Positions 51,424 through 59,481 of a stretch of DNA of 64,000 nucleotides are shown piece by piece; position 1 is the stretch's first letter, and each line of letters begins with the position of its first letter. The stretch lies in contig JBBQJW010000013.1 in NCBI GenBank assembly GCA_038326325.1, positions 15,460 to 79,459 of the forward strand, given 5' to 3'. Source of the stretch: Chitinophagales bacterium. GTDB lineage: Bacteria > Bacteroidota > Bacteroidia > Chitinophagales > UBA10324. The notes below the pieces were generated by a model. The model was not told where the DNA came from. It worked only from the letters and a program-made list of their open reading frames with translations, and did not search any database. The position numbers and the translations under genes are program-made.

Positions 51424-51999
51424 TCACTCGTGTTCTTTGTTTCTTTTATTAATTCTTGCCTTAAACATTCTTTCGCGTAATCCTCCTTCATTGATAAAAG
51501 CAATTTCAAGTGCTTTTATTTGTTGAGCGAGTAAATAACTGACAACCTTTATTAAGCCAATCATTGTGTTGGCGCATATTTCGGGGCTGTCGTTTTCAAT
51601 GGCCTTGCGAAATATTTCATAGTTAGCATTCGGAATTTTATTTAACTCACGAAGCCGCGCAACCAATTTATGTTCCTTAGCCCAAAGGGGTAATTTATTT
51701 GTTCTTAAAAAATCTTCGTAATCTATTTTCAGTTCTTCGAGACTGGCGCGTGCGACATTGGTGAGTTTTATTTCTGTTTCTTTTGAAGTGCCCGATGCCA
51801 TGCTTGCTTCAACAATATTTTGTTTTCCGCTGCGCGCCGCTTGTACCATCTGGTCTATGGTGCGGTCGTATTTCTGAAAAAACCGTTTCGTGAAATACAT
51901 TGTGCCATCATAAACTATTTCCGACTTCTGATAACTGATTAAATTTTGGTAACCACCGTGCACCGGAATAAAACCATCGGGGTTGGTTGGGTGTTGCAT
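51424..51999 (-). CDS. Four-helix-bundle protein (23S rRNA IVS-protein family) with C-terminal suffix domain
   Basis: DQMVQAARSGKQNIVEAS...ARASLEELKIDYEDFL is the TIGR02436-type core. The C-terminal GGLRERMFKAR resembles the associated suffix domain. This family is frequently embedded in R-M loci. Confidence 0.7.
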   Translation of the reverse strand: MQHPTNPDGFIPVHGGYQNLISYQKSEIVYDGTMYFTKRFFQKYDRTIDQMVQAARSGKQNIVEASMASGTSKETEIKLTNVARASLEELKIDYEDFLRTNKLPLWAKEHKLVARLRELNKIPNANYEIFRKAIENDSPEICANTMIGLIKVVSYLLAQQIKALEIAFINEGGLRERMFKARINKRNKEHE

Positions 52000-52017
52000 T
52001 TTGTTTTTCGCTTGTTA

Positions 52018-52098
52018 TAGGTGGGACTTGTTGGACGGCTCGGACGACTTTACAGAGGATGAAGATATTATTATTGATTAATTTTTTAACTGTTACAC
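52018..52098 (+). repeat. Direct repeat R2, copy b
   Basis: See copy a. It spans the hsdR stop codon and the hsdR/four-helix-bundle spacer. Confidence 0.8.
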
Positions 52099-54417
52099 CG
52101 CAACTCTCTCATCATATAAATGTTTTTGAAACCCGATAAACAGTTCGCGGATTTTTGGAATGCCGCCCAACTTTTCAGCGGCATCACTTACCGCATGATA
52201 TTTTAATTCAAGTAAACTTGGTAATTTTTCCTGGTCGAGTTCTTCCACTCCTGATTCAATGTATTTCGATAAAACAAATTCCAGAAACTCTTTCTGATTA
52301 TTATCGAGCATCGTGAAAATATTTTTCTGCGCGTTGGCAACACGCTTCTCGCGGGTGATTGGATTTTTAGAGTAGGAAATAAATTCCAGCACATCAAACA
52401 AATCGCTCTGCTCCGCGTCAATAATTTTTTGTAGTGTAGCCAATTCATCTTTTCCAAAACCCGCTTCATCCAATTGCTCCAATAAAGTTTTTCGTGTTAA
52501 AGGGTTTGACCATATTCTGCGCAACTCCTCTTCGTTTTTAAAAAGGTCGGGAAGTTTACCGAACAGACTATCTAAAAACTCCTCCAATGTCATTGGGTTG
52601 CCATCGGCTCCCATAAACAAAGAAGAAACCGTGTGTTGAATATCGAACTCCCTACCATTGCGCAACTTCACTCTTATTTTTATACGAGGTTCCGGTGGTT
52701 CCAGAATTCCGCCACCTTCATCAGTATTGCTATCATCTGGCTTTTCACTTGGTGGCTGAGGGTTTGTTTCAATTGTGTCTTCAGGTTCGCCATCCCATTG
52801 CGGGTCTTTGAATTTTTCACTTGCGTTTACAAAATCATAAATGGTGAAAAAGTTTTTATCGTCGAACAACCTCGTGCCTCTCCCTATAATTTGCTTGAAC
52901 TCTATAATATCGTTTATCGGTCGCATGAGCACGATGTTTCGGATGTTGCGAGCATCTACTCCCGTACTTAATTTTCTTGAAGTGGTGAGTATGGTCGGCG
53001 TGCTTCTTTCATTATCCTGAAACTGACGCAAATACTCTTCGCCCATTTCGCCGTCGTTGGCTGTTACACGCACGCAATAATTCGGCTCCTTGCTTTTTTT
53101 GTACTGGTTAATTAAATCACGCACCGCCGCCGCGTGTTCCTGCGTGGCGCAAAACACCAATGTTTTTTCTTTCTGATTAATTAAATCCATAAAGATTTTT
53201 ACGCGCTTTGCCTCGCGTGCTTTTATCTCTATGATTTTATTAAAATCACTTTCAGTGTATGTTTTGGTTTCATCTATTTCTCCTTCAATCACATTGTCGT
53301 CCGGCTGATAAGTGTAGGTATCAAGCGTGGTGGTAAATTTTTTAACTTTAAACGGCGTGAGAAATCCATCGTTGATTCCTTCCTTGAGCGAGTAAATAAA
53401 AACGGGCTCGCCGAAATATTTATAGGTGTTAACATTCACCTTTTTTTTAGGAGTGGCGGTTAATCCGATTTGCACCGCCGGAGAAAAATATTTTAATATC
53501 TCGCGCCAGGTGCTTTCATCATTTGCGCCGCCGCGATGACATTCGTCAATGATGATGAAATCAAAATAGTCTTTCGGATACTCACCGAAGTAGGGTGTAT
53601 CATTCGGACCGTTCATGAATGTTTGAAAGATGGTGAAGAAGATACTGCCGTTTGTCGGCACACTTCCTTTCTTTTTTATTTCTTTCGGACTGATGCGCAC
53701 GAGTGCATCTTCAGGAAAAGCATTGAAGGCGTTGTATGCCTGATCGGCTAAAATATTACGGTCTGCTAAAAATAAAATGCGCGGACGGCGGCCACCGTCG
53801 TATTTCAGATTCCAGCGCGTGTGAAATAATTTCCACGCAATCTGAAAAGCAATAAAAGTTTTTCCGGTGCCTGTTGCGAGTGTGAGTAGCACCCGATTTT
53901 TTTTTGCTGCAATGGCATCCAATGTTTTTTCTACGGCAATATCCTGATAAAATCTACCGCCCATGCTGCCGCCTTTTGTTTCGTAAGGCACTGCATCAAA
54001 CTTATCCTGCCATTGATTGGTGACAGGAAAAACTTTGTGCCACAACTCTTCAGGCGAATGAAAATTTTCTATCAATTCTTCTTTGGCTGAATCCATATCA
54101 ATATGATATATCTCTCTGCCGTTTGCGGAGTAGGTATCGTCAATTTTTAATTTCTCTGCATAGTCTTTTGCCTGCGCCACTCCTTCACCTACTTGCTGCT
54201 CATCACTCTTTGCTTCCACCACGGCGAGTTTGCGACCTTTGTAAGCAAGCACATAATCGGCAATGGTTGCTTTGCCTCTTCCTCCGGTAGCTTTTATTTT
54301 TCCGTCAGTAATCTGAAACTCACGATGCACTTTCACTTCGGGGTTGGCTTTGCCATCCCATCCGTTTTCTTTCAGCTTCGGGTCTATCAGTTCCGCTCGT
54401 GTTTCTGCTTCGTTCAT
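52093..54417 (-). CDS. hsdR: Type I restriction endonuclease, R subunit
   Basis: MNEAETRAELIDPKL N-terminus, helicase motifs LATGTGKTF, IIDECHRGG and QIIGRGTRL, and an EcoEI-R-like C-terminal domain. Confidence 0.9.
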   Translation of the reverse strand: MNEAETRAELIDPKLKENGWDGKANPEVKVHREFQITDGKIKATGGRGKATIADYVLAYKGRKLAVVEAKSDEQQVGEGVAQAKDYAEKLKIDDTYSANGREIYHIDMDSAKEELIENFHSPEELWHKVFPVTNQWQDKFDAVPYETKGGSMGGRFYQDIAVEKTLDAIAAKKNRVLLTLATGTGKTFIAFQIAWKLFHTRWNLKYDGGRRPRILFLADRNILADQAYNAFNAFPEDALVRISPKEIKKKGSVPTNGSIFFTIFQTFMNGPNDTPYFGEYPKDYFDFIIIDECHRGGANDESTWREILKYFSPAVQIGLTATPKKKVNVNTYKYFGEPVFIYSLKEGINDGFLTPFKVKKFTTTLDTYTYQPDDNVIEGEIDETKTYTESDFNKIIEIKAREAKRVKIFMDLINQKEKTLVFCATQEHAAAVRDLINQYKKSKEPNYCVRVTANDGEMGEEYLRQFQDNERSTPTILTTSRKLSTGVDARNIRNIVLMRPINDIIEFKQIIGRGTRLFDDKNFFTIYDFVNASEKFKDPQWDGEPEDTIETNPQPPSEKPDDSNTDEGGGILEPPEPRIKIRVKLRNGREFDIQHTVSSLFMGADGNPMTLEEFLDSLFGKLPDLFKNEEELRRIWSNPLTRKTLLEQLDEAGFGKDELATLQKIIDAEQSDLFDVLEFISYSKNPITREKRVANAQKNIFTMLDNNQKEFLEFVLSKYIESGVEELDQEKLPSLLELKYHAVSDAAEKLGGIPKIRELFIGFQKHLYDERVAV

Positions 54418-54428
54418 GTTTTTCTTTT

Positions 54429-54616
54429 ATGCGATGGACGATACCCATCGTTAGCGTATATCGCCTCTTCGTGGCTGATAGTATTATCCATCCTTAGATG
54501 CGATGGGCTACACCCATCATTAGCATATGTCGCCACTTCGTGGCTGAGAGTGTTATCTGTCATTAGATGCGATGGGCTACACCCATCGTTAGCATATGTC
54601 GCCACTTCGTGGCTTG
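54429..54616. repeat. 69-bp tandem repeat (about 2.7 units) of composite REP hairpins
   Basis: Unit starts ATGCGATGG lie at 54429, 54498 and 54567. Each unit carries hairpins GATGGGCTACACCCATC and GCCACTTCGTGGC. The array begins 12 nt upstream of the hsdR ATG. Confidence 0.9.
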
Positions 54617-54753
54617 CCCTGAAAGGGCATAATATTCCAACACAGGGTGCAGCCCTGTGGTAACAGGGTGCAGCCCTGTGGTAAGCACTAACATAGGGTG
54701 TAGCCCTATGAAGTGGCATCGCCACGAAACCCAAGCCCTGCAAGGGCGGCATA

Positions 54754-55206
54754 TTAATCCCACACATACTTCTCATCATATTCCACTTCGTATTTTTTTA
54801 AGAAGGCGCGGTACTCGTCCTGAAATGTTTTTTTGCTGTGATGTTCTTTCTGATTGGCGATGTAGTTTATTACCGTGTCAATCTCACTTGGGTTTACTGA
54901 GAATGCGCCATATCCATCCTGCCAGTAAAAGTTTTTATAATCATCACCTTTTGTCTTTATCCATTTTGATGAATGCGATTTTACTTCTTCTAATAATTTC
55001 ATCAATGCAATTTTTTTCGAGAGCATGCACAGGATGTGAATGTGGTCGGTGTATCCTCCCACTTTTATTGGCGGACACTCTAAGTTTTTACAGATGCCTC
55101 CTAAATAACTATGCAACTCGGCTTCTACCGGCGGATGTATGAGCGGCTCGCGGTGCTTGGTGCTGAATACGATGTGCATGTAGTTTTTTACGAGTGACTG
55201 TCCCAT
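54754..55206 (-). CDS. IS200/IS605-like Y1 HUH transposase (RAYT type)
   Basis: 150 aa with NYMHIVFSTKHREPLI, the HUH motif GGYTDHIHILC and the catalytic Tyr region FYWQDGYGAFSV. Confidence 0.8.
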   Translation of the reverse strand: MGQSLVKNYMHIVFSTKHREPLIHPPVEAELHSYLGGICKNLECPPIKVGGYTDHIHILCMLSKKIALMKLLEEVKSHSSKWIKTKGDDYKNFYWQDGYGAFSVNPSEIDTVINYIANQKEHHSKKTFQDEYRAFLKKYEVEYDEKYVWD

Positions 55207-55239
55207 GTTTTTCGATGGGCTGCACCCATCTTTATTAGA

Positions 55240-56499
55240 TTACGCCCCTTCAGGGCTTGGTTGTTTGTTTTTTTTATCTCGAATGGCGTTGCCATTCGCT
55301 AATGATTTTGCCCCTTCGGGGTTGCGCAACTCTCCGCTAAACGCCTTCTGTAACACACTCTTCTTCAACTCTTCCAAATCGGCTATCTTCTTTTCGTAGA
55401 TGCTTTCTAATTTTTTTGTTTCGGTTGAGAGGGCATCAAGTTTTTTAACGATGGCTTGTTGCTCTTTTAAGGATTTTGGAAAAGGAATGATTATATTCTT
55501 CACTTCACTATCTGTTACAGCAGGATAGCTTGCTCCTTTTTGAAGTTTTTCCATTTGCTTGTTAAATCCATAAGTTAAGAGAAAATAAAAAATAAAATTA
55601 CTATTAAGAAAGTCCTTTGCTCTTAAAACAAAGTAACCGGTACTACAAATTTGCTCGTTATATTCTTTTGTTATTAAAGCAACCCGGCTGTGCGTTGGTC
55701 TAACAGTTGCAAAAATTACATCGTTTGTTCTTATAAGTTTTCTTGCTCGGCTTGGTGCATCTTTACCTTTTAGTACAGTTGCATTTTCAATTTCTTTTGT
55801 TTCTTTATTAACGCTCGATACATCAAGATAAATAAATTCTTTATTTGGTTTTTTGGTTGGGTCAGCCGTTTCTGTTTTTTGAAGAACCTCTCCCAATTTT
55901 TTCTCCTCCCAACCCTCACCTTTATTTTCAAACACACTTTGCAAGTAACTCTCAAAAAGTTCTTTAGCGTTTTTAAGATTTTGTTCGGCATTGGCTTTTG
56001 CCTTGGCTATGGCGGCAAATGCTTCATCTAATATTGATACTATCCGTTGTTGTTCGAGGAGAGGGGGAAGTGGTACAGGATATTTATCTAATAATTCCTT
56101 TCTTACCCCATCCTGACCAGCAGCTCGTTTTGAAGAATGTTCTACAAACTCTCTTAGTTTGTCCGTTTTAAGAAATAAGAAGAAATAATCTCTGTTACAA
56201 ATTTTCTCATTAATAACAGCTTTCATTAAAGCCACATTATACGCACCTTCAATTCCTTTAAATATTCCAAAAATTGGTGGCCCATAACGACCTATCATTA
56301 TGTCTTCTTTATTACAAAATCTTTTTGCTTTTGCTTTTGGAATGTATGTAACAAACTTATCTGTTCGATAATCTCTGACTTGAACTAGTCTTATGTATCC
56401 ACTTTTTGGTTCATAGATAAATTCATCTTTTGATGGTTGACTTCCACCAACCAATTCACATACATCAATAAAATTCTTTATTTCCCACCCTTGTTTCAT
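55240..56499 (-). CDS. hsdS: Type I R-M specificity subunit
   Basis: Two TRDs are separated by conserved spacers (PLPPLLEQQRIVSILDEAF; FPKSLKEQQAIVKKLDALS). It overlaps hsdM by 4 nt. The last 28 codons are encoded by REP-like hairpin DNA. Confidence 0.85.
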   Translation of the reverse strand: MKQGWEIKNFIDVCELVGGSQPSKDEFIYEPKSGYIRLVQVRDYRTDKFVTYIPKAKAKRFCNKEDIMIGRYGPPIFGIFKGIEGAYNVALMKAVINEKICNRDYFFLFLKTDKLREFVEHSSKRAAGQDGVRKELLDKYPVPLPPLLEQQRIVSILDEAFAAIAKAKANAEQNLKNAKELFESYLQSVFENKGEGWEEKKLGEVLQKTETADPTKKPNKEFIYLDVSSVNKETKEIENATVLKGKDAPSRARKLIRTNDVIFATVRPTHSRVALITKEYNEQICSTGYFVLRAKDFLNSNFIFYFLLTYGFNKQMEKLQKGASYPAVTDSEVKNIIIPFPKSLKEQQAIVKKLDALSTETKKLESIYEKKIADLEELKKSVLQKAFSGELRNPEGAKSLANGNAIRDKKNKQPSPEGA

Positions 56500-57968
56500 A
56501 TCAATTCTAAAATAGAATTTAAAATATCTGTGCTCTCTTCATCTAATATTTTCATTTCTTCTAAAATTTCTTCGGGTTGGCGCAGTGCGGCTTCTGCTTT
56601 TTTGTTTGGGTTTTTGGCGCCCAAGTCAAAAGTGGTTTGGTCAATGTCTTTAATATTTATTGTCCATGAGTTTTCGCTTTCTCCCTTCGACTGGCTCAGG
56701 GTGACAGCTTTTTGTAGTGTTACAAAGTCAGCCAAATCATTTTCATTCAGCGCATTGGTTTTGCCGAGGTTGCGGTCTAAGTTCAGTTGGTAGTACCACA
56801 CTTTTTTTGTGGCAGTACCTTTTTCAAAAAACAACACCACCGTTTTTACTCCCGCGCCGGTAAAGGTTCCCCCCGGCAAATCAAGCACGGTGTGCAGGTT
56901 GCAGGTTTCTAATAACAGTTTGCGCAAACTCACAGAGGCATTATCGGTGTTACTCAAAAAAGTATTTTTAATCACCACGCCTGCCTTGCCTCCTGCTTTC
57001 AATATTTTTATAAAGTGCTGCAAAAACAGCGAAGCGGTTTCACCTGTTTTTATCGTAAAGTTCTGCTGTACTTCTGCTCTTTCCTTTCCGCCAAACGGTG
57101 GGTTGGCGAGTACCACATCGTAGCGGTCTTTGTCCTGTATGTCGGCGAGGTTTTCACTCAGCGTATTCGTATGAATAATATTGGGCGCTTCCACGCCATG
57201 CAATATCATGTTCATGATACCTATAATGTAGGCGAGTGATTTTTTCTCTTTGCCGTAAAAAGTTTTGGTCTGAAGTGTTACAGCATCTTTAGTCGAGAGA
57301 TTTTTGTTCTGCTTCAGGTATTCAAACGATTCGGTTAAGAAACCGCCGGAGCCGCACGCGCCATCATAAATTTTATTTCCGATTTCAGGTGCCACTACTT
57401 TCACAATTGTTTTTATCAGCGGGCGCGGCCTGTAATACTCGCCGCCGTTGCGCCCTGCATTGCCCATGTTCTTTATCTTGTCTTCATACAGATGGCTCAT
57501 CTCGTGCTTCTCTGCACTCGAATTAAATCGAAGTTCATCCACTAAGTTTATTATCTCGCGCAAATTGTACCCGCTCTGAATTTTATTTTTCAGCTCGCTA
57601 AAAATTTCTCCAATCTTATATTCAATCGTGTTAGCATGGTCGGCATCAACTTTAAATTTTTTTAGGTAAGGAAACAGTTTGCCATCTACAAAATCTTTCA
57701 GGTCATCACCCGTCAACGCTTTGTGATGGTCGAGCTTGCCTTCTTTTCCTTTCGGAGCTGCCCACACATTCCATTGAAATTCTTTTTTAATAAGCGGCTC
57801 ATAAGTTTTGCCGGTGAGTTCGGCTTTCGCTTCGCGTTCTTTTTCTAAGTCGGATAAATATTTCAGAAAGATTATCCAGGAGGTTTGCTCTACATAATCC
57901 AGTTCGTTGCTGCACCCCGCTTCCTTCCAAAGTATATCATCAATATTTTTAAAAGATTGTTCAAACAT
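56496..57968 (-). CDS. hsdM: Type I R-M N6-adenine DNA methyltransferase subunit
   Basis: AdoMet motif IYDGACGSGGFL, catalytic motif VLANPPFGGKE, and an HsdM N-terminal domain (ILWKEAGCSNELDYVEQTSWIIFLKYL). Confidence 0.9.
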   Translation of the reverse strand: MFEQSFKNIDDILWKEAGCSNELDYVEQTSWIIFLKYLSDLEKEREAKAELTGKTYEPLIKKEFQWNVWAAPKGKEGKLDHHKALTGDDLKDFVDGKLFPYLKKFKVDADHANTIEYKIGEIFSELKNKIQSGYNLREIINLVDELRFNSSAEKHEMSHLYEDKIKNMGNAGRNGGEYYRPRPLIKTIVKVVAPEIGNKIYDGACGSGGFLTESFEYLKQNKNLSTKDAVTLQTKTFYGKEKKSLAYIIGIMNMILHGVEAPNIIHTNTLSENLADIQDKDRYDVVLANPPFGGKERAEVQQNFTIKTGETASLFLQHFIKILKAGGKAGVVIKNTFLSNTDNASVSLRKLLLETCNLHTVLDLPGGTFTGAGVKTVVLFFEKGTATKKVWYYQLNLDRNLGKTNALNENDLADFVTLQKAVTLSQSKGESENSWTINIKDIDQTTFDLGAKNPNKKAEAALRQPEEILEEMKILDEESTDILNSILELI

Positions 57969-57976
57969 ATTTTATT

Positions 57977-58004
57977 GTTTTTTTCTTCTTGACAACAATA
58001 ACCA
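57977..58004 (-). promoter_or_regulatory. Putative hsdM promoter/leader box shared with the upstream 184-aa ORF
   Basis: The minus strand reads TGGTTATTGTTGTCAAGAAGAAAAAAAC, 9 nt before the ATG. TATTGTTG resembles the Bacteroidota -7 box TAnnTTTG. 12-mer and 10-mer exact matches to 58660-58684 are present. Confidence 0.4.
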
Positions 58005-58090
58005 TAAAATGTGAATTGAAAATGGATAATTGATAATTAAGAATAGTGAAGAGTGAAGAACGAAAAGTGAAGAGTGAGTTGTCAAGTTTT

Positions 58091-58645
58091 TTATTCTGAA
58101 GATTTTATTTCCTGTTTTACTTCATCAATCACTTCGTCAAATAGTTGCTTCCCGGTTTTTAATGCTTCCAAATAACATTCAGCAATATTTCTTTTAACAG
58201 GAAAGGTAAAAGTGAACATATTATTTACAGTATCTATGGATAGTTCTTTATAAGGTTTTATACCCAGGGTTTTTGCTTTTTTTATTGCAAGCTTCAATAT
58301 TAAAAACGGGTTAAGCAATAAATTAAAATGTTGCTGTTGCTTAAACCCCAGCCAGCAATTAATTTTAATTTCATTTTGTTTCCGCGACAAAATCATGCTC
58401 TGCAGGTAGGGGCGCGGTTTTGTATCTTCAAAACCATAAAAAAAGTTTTCGGGCAGAACCGTTCCGCTCATATTAAGCAGTTTAGCAAGGTCAGCCCTGA
58501 CAATTGGCGCATCAAAGCCTTCGGGCAACGGTAATAGTTCCGTAAATGAATTGATCTTTTTTTTTATTTCCATCTGATGATGGTACTGAAGTGTAACAGC
58601 TATTGATTTTTCTTTTACTGCTTTATTTTTCACCTGCTTTGCCAT
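58091..58645 (-). CDS. Hypothetical protein (184 aa) immediately upstream of hsdM
   Basis: Clean ORF with no recognisable domain. It is on the same strand as the R-M genes and has its own copy of the hsdM leader box. Confidence 0.45.
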   Translation of the reverse strand: MAKQVKNKAVKEKSIAVTLQYHHQMEIKKKINSFTELLPLPEGFDAPIVRADLAKLLNMSGTVLPENFFYGFEDTKPRPYLQSMILSRKQNEIKINCWLGFKQQQHFNLLLNPFLILKLAIKKAKTLGIKPYKELSIDTVNNMFTFTFPVKRNIAECYLEALKTGKQLFDEVIDEVKQEIKSSE

Positions 58646-58659
58646 ACCTTTTTACACTC

Positions 58660-58684
58660 GGTTTTTTTCTTCACAACAATAATC
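58660..58684 (-). promoter_or_regulatory. Second copy of the leader box (upstream of the 184-aa ORF)
   Basis: The minus strand reads GATTATTGTTGTGAAGAAAAAAACC, 15 nt before the ATG at 58645. Confidence 0.4.
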
Positions 58685-58822
58685 AAAATAGCTAACACCT
58701 TAAATATAAGATGGAGTGTAACAGTCGGCATCGGACTTTAAACAATAACTTTTACATTAAAATGACACCGTGTTGAGCAATTAATTCCCCATCCTGTCGT
58801 TACTTAGAAAAAATTCAAGTGT

Positions 58823-59056
58823 ATGAAATACCCCGATGGATTAACGAATCGCGAAATGGAAGTGCTTGGTTATGTAGTTCGCGGGTTCCCAGTAAAAATG
58901 ATTGCGGCAGCCATGGGCATCAGCCCCAATACCGTAAATACTTATCTGCGCGAAATGCGCTTTAAATCTGATACACACAATATGCGCGAACTGGCTCGCT
59001 ATGCACGCAAAATAGGTTTTAATGACGATGGCGTTTATCTGGCTATCGCAATATAA
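58823..59056 (+). CDS. LuxR/GerE-type HTH transcriptional regulator (stand-alone)
   Basis: 77 aa, LTNREMEVLGYVVRGFPVKMIAAAMGISPNTVNTYLREMRFK. Confidence 0.75.
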   Translation: MKYPDGLTNREMEVLGYVVRGFPVKMIAAAMGISPNTVNTYLREMRFKSDTHNMRELARYARKIGFNDDGVYLAIAI

Positions 59057-59193
59057 ACGAACCGCACTGATACACCTTGCGGTCACCTGTTTTAATTAGT
59101 TGATTGCTGCTAACATTATTTTGGATTACACGGGTCATTGCGCTGTTGGAATTTTACAAAAGAAAATTTCACCCCGCCATGAGAAATACTTCA

Positions 59194-59481
59194 CCTGTTA
59201 CACTTTACGCTACACTATTTACTTGTAAAGAAAAGTATTGCAAAAGTAACAGGAGCACTGTAACACTACACCGCATTCCATTCACATACCATTCTATTCA
59301 GGTATGGCTATATTCTGAACTATTGGTGTTGTTTTTTATTCCTGTAGCTCATTGCATGGAACAAGTACTGCTGATGATTAAACTGTTTGCACATGACAGG
59401 GAACAAGTAGCCCTAAATAAATTACCTGTAACACTTTACATTGAACATTTATCTGAACAACAGTCGCCTGTAACATTTTAC
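59194..59481 (+). promoter_or_regulatory. Phased array of CCTGTWACAYTTTAC sites (iteron/operator-like)
   Basis: Sites start at 59194, 59257, 59425 and 59467, with a degenerate site at 59341. All offsets are multiples of 21 bp (63, 147, 231, 273). GGAACAAGTA occurs at 59358 and 59400 (42 bp apart). Confidence 0.5.

Larger units (their letters stand above)
54420..55330 (-). mobile_element. RAYT (REP-associated tyrosine transposase) gene with flanking REP hairpin arrays, inserted between hsdS and hsdR
   Basis: The Y1-HUH transposase gene is flanked on both sides by GC-rich hairpins. These are CGATGGGCTRCACCCATCG (x3 left, x1 right), the inverted type CAGGGTGCAGCCCTG / ATAGGGTGTAGCCCTAT, and GCCCCTTCGGGGT. 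Confidence 0.75.

Noticed and set aside
54429-54710. Regularly spaced GC-rich repeats that could superficially be taken for a CRISPR array
   Set aside because: The units are contiguous (69-bp and 21-bp tandem periods) with no unique spacers. They consist of nested hairpins and flank a RAYT-type transposase. This is REP/BIME-like architecture, not CRISPR. No cas genes are present.
54193-55142. ORFs 54193..54663 (+), 54414..54779 (-), 54563..54763 (-) and 54657..55142 (+) with repeated peptides such as CDGLHPSLAYVATSWL
   Set aside because: They are translations of the REP tandem repeats or antisense shadows of the RAYT gene. The repeated peptide simply mirrors the 69-bp (23-codon) DNA period.
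55240-57968. The idea that TGTWACA is the recognition site of the resident Type I R-M system
   Set aside because: Type I sites are bipartite and asymmetric, and R-M target words are usually avoided rather than tenfold enriched. Nothing in the sequence links HsdS to the word. The methylome would settle it.
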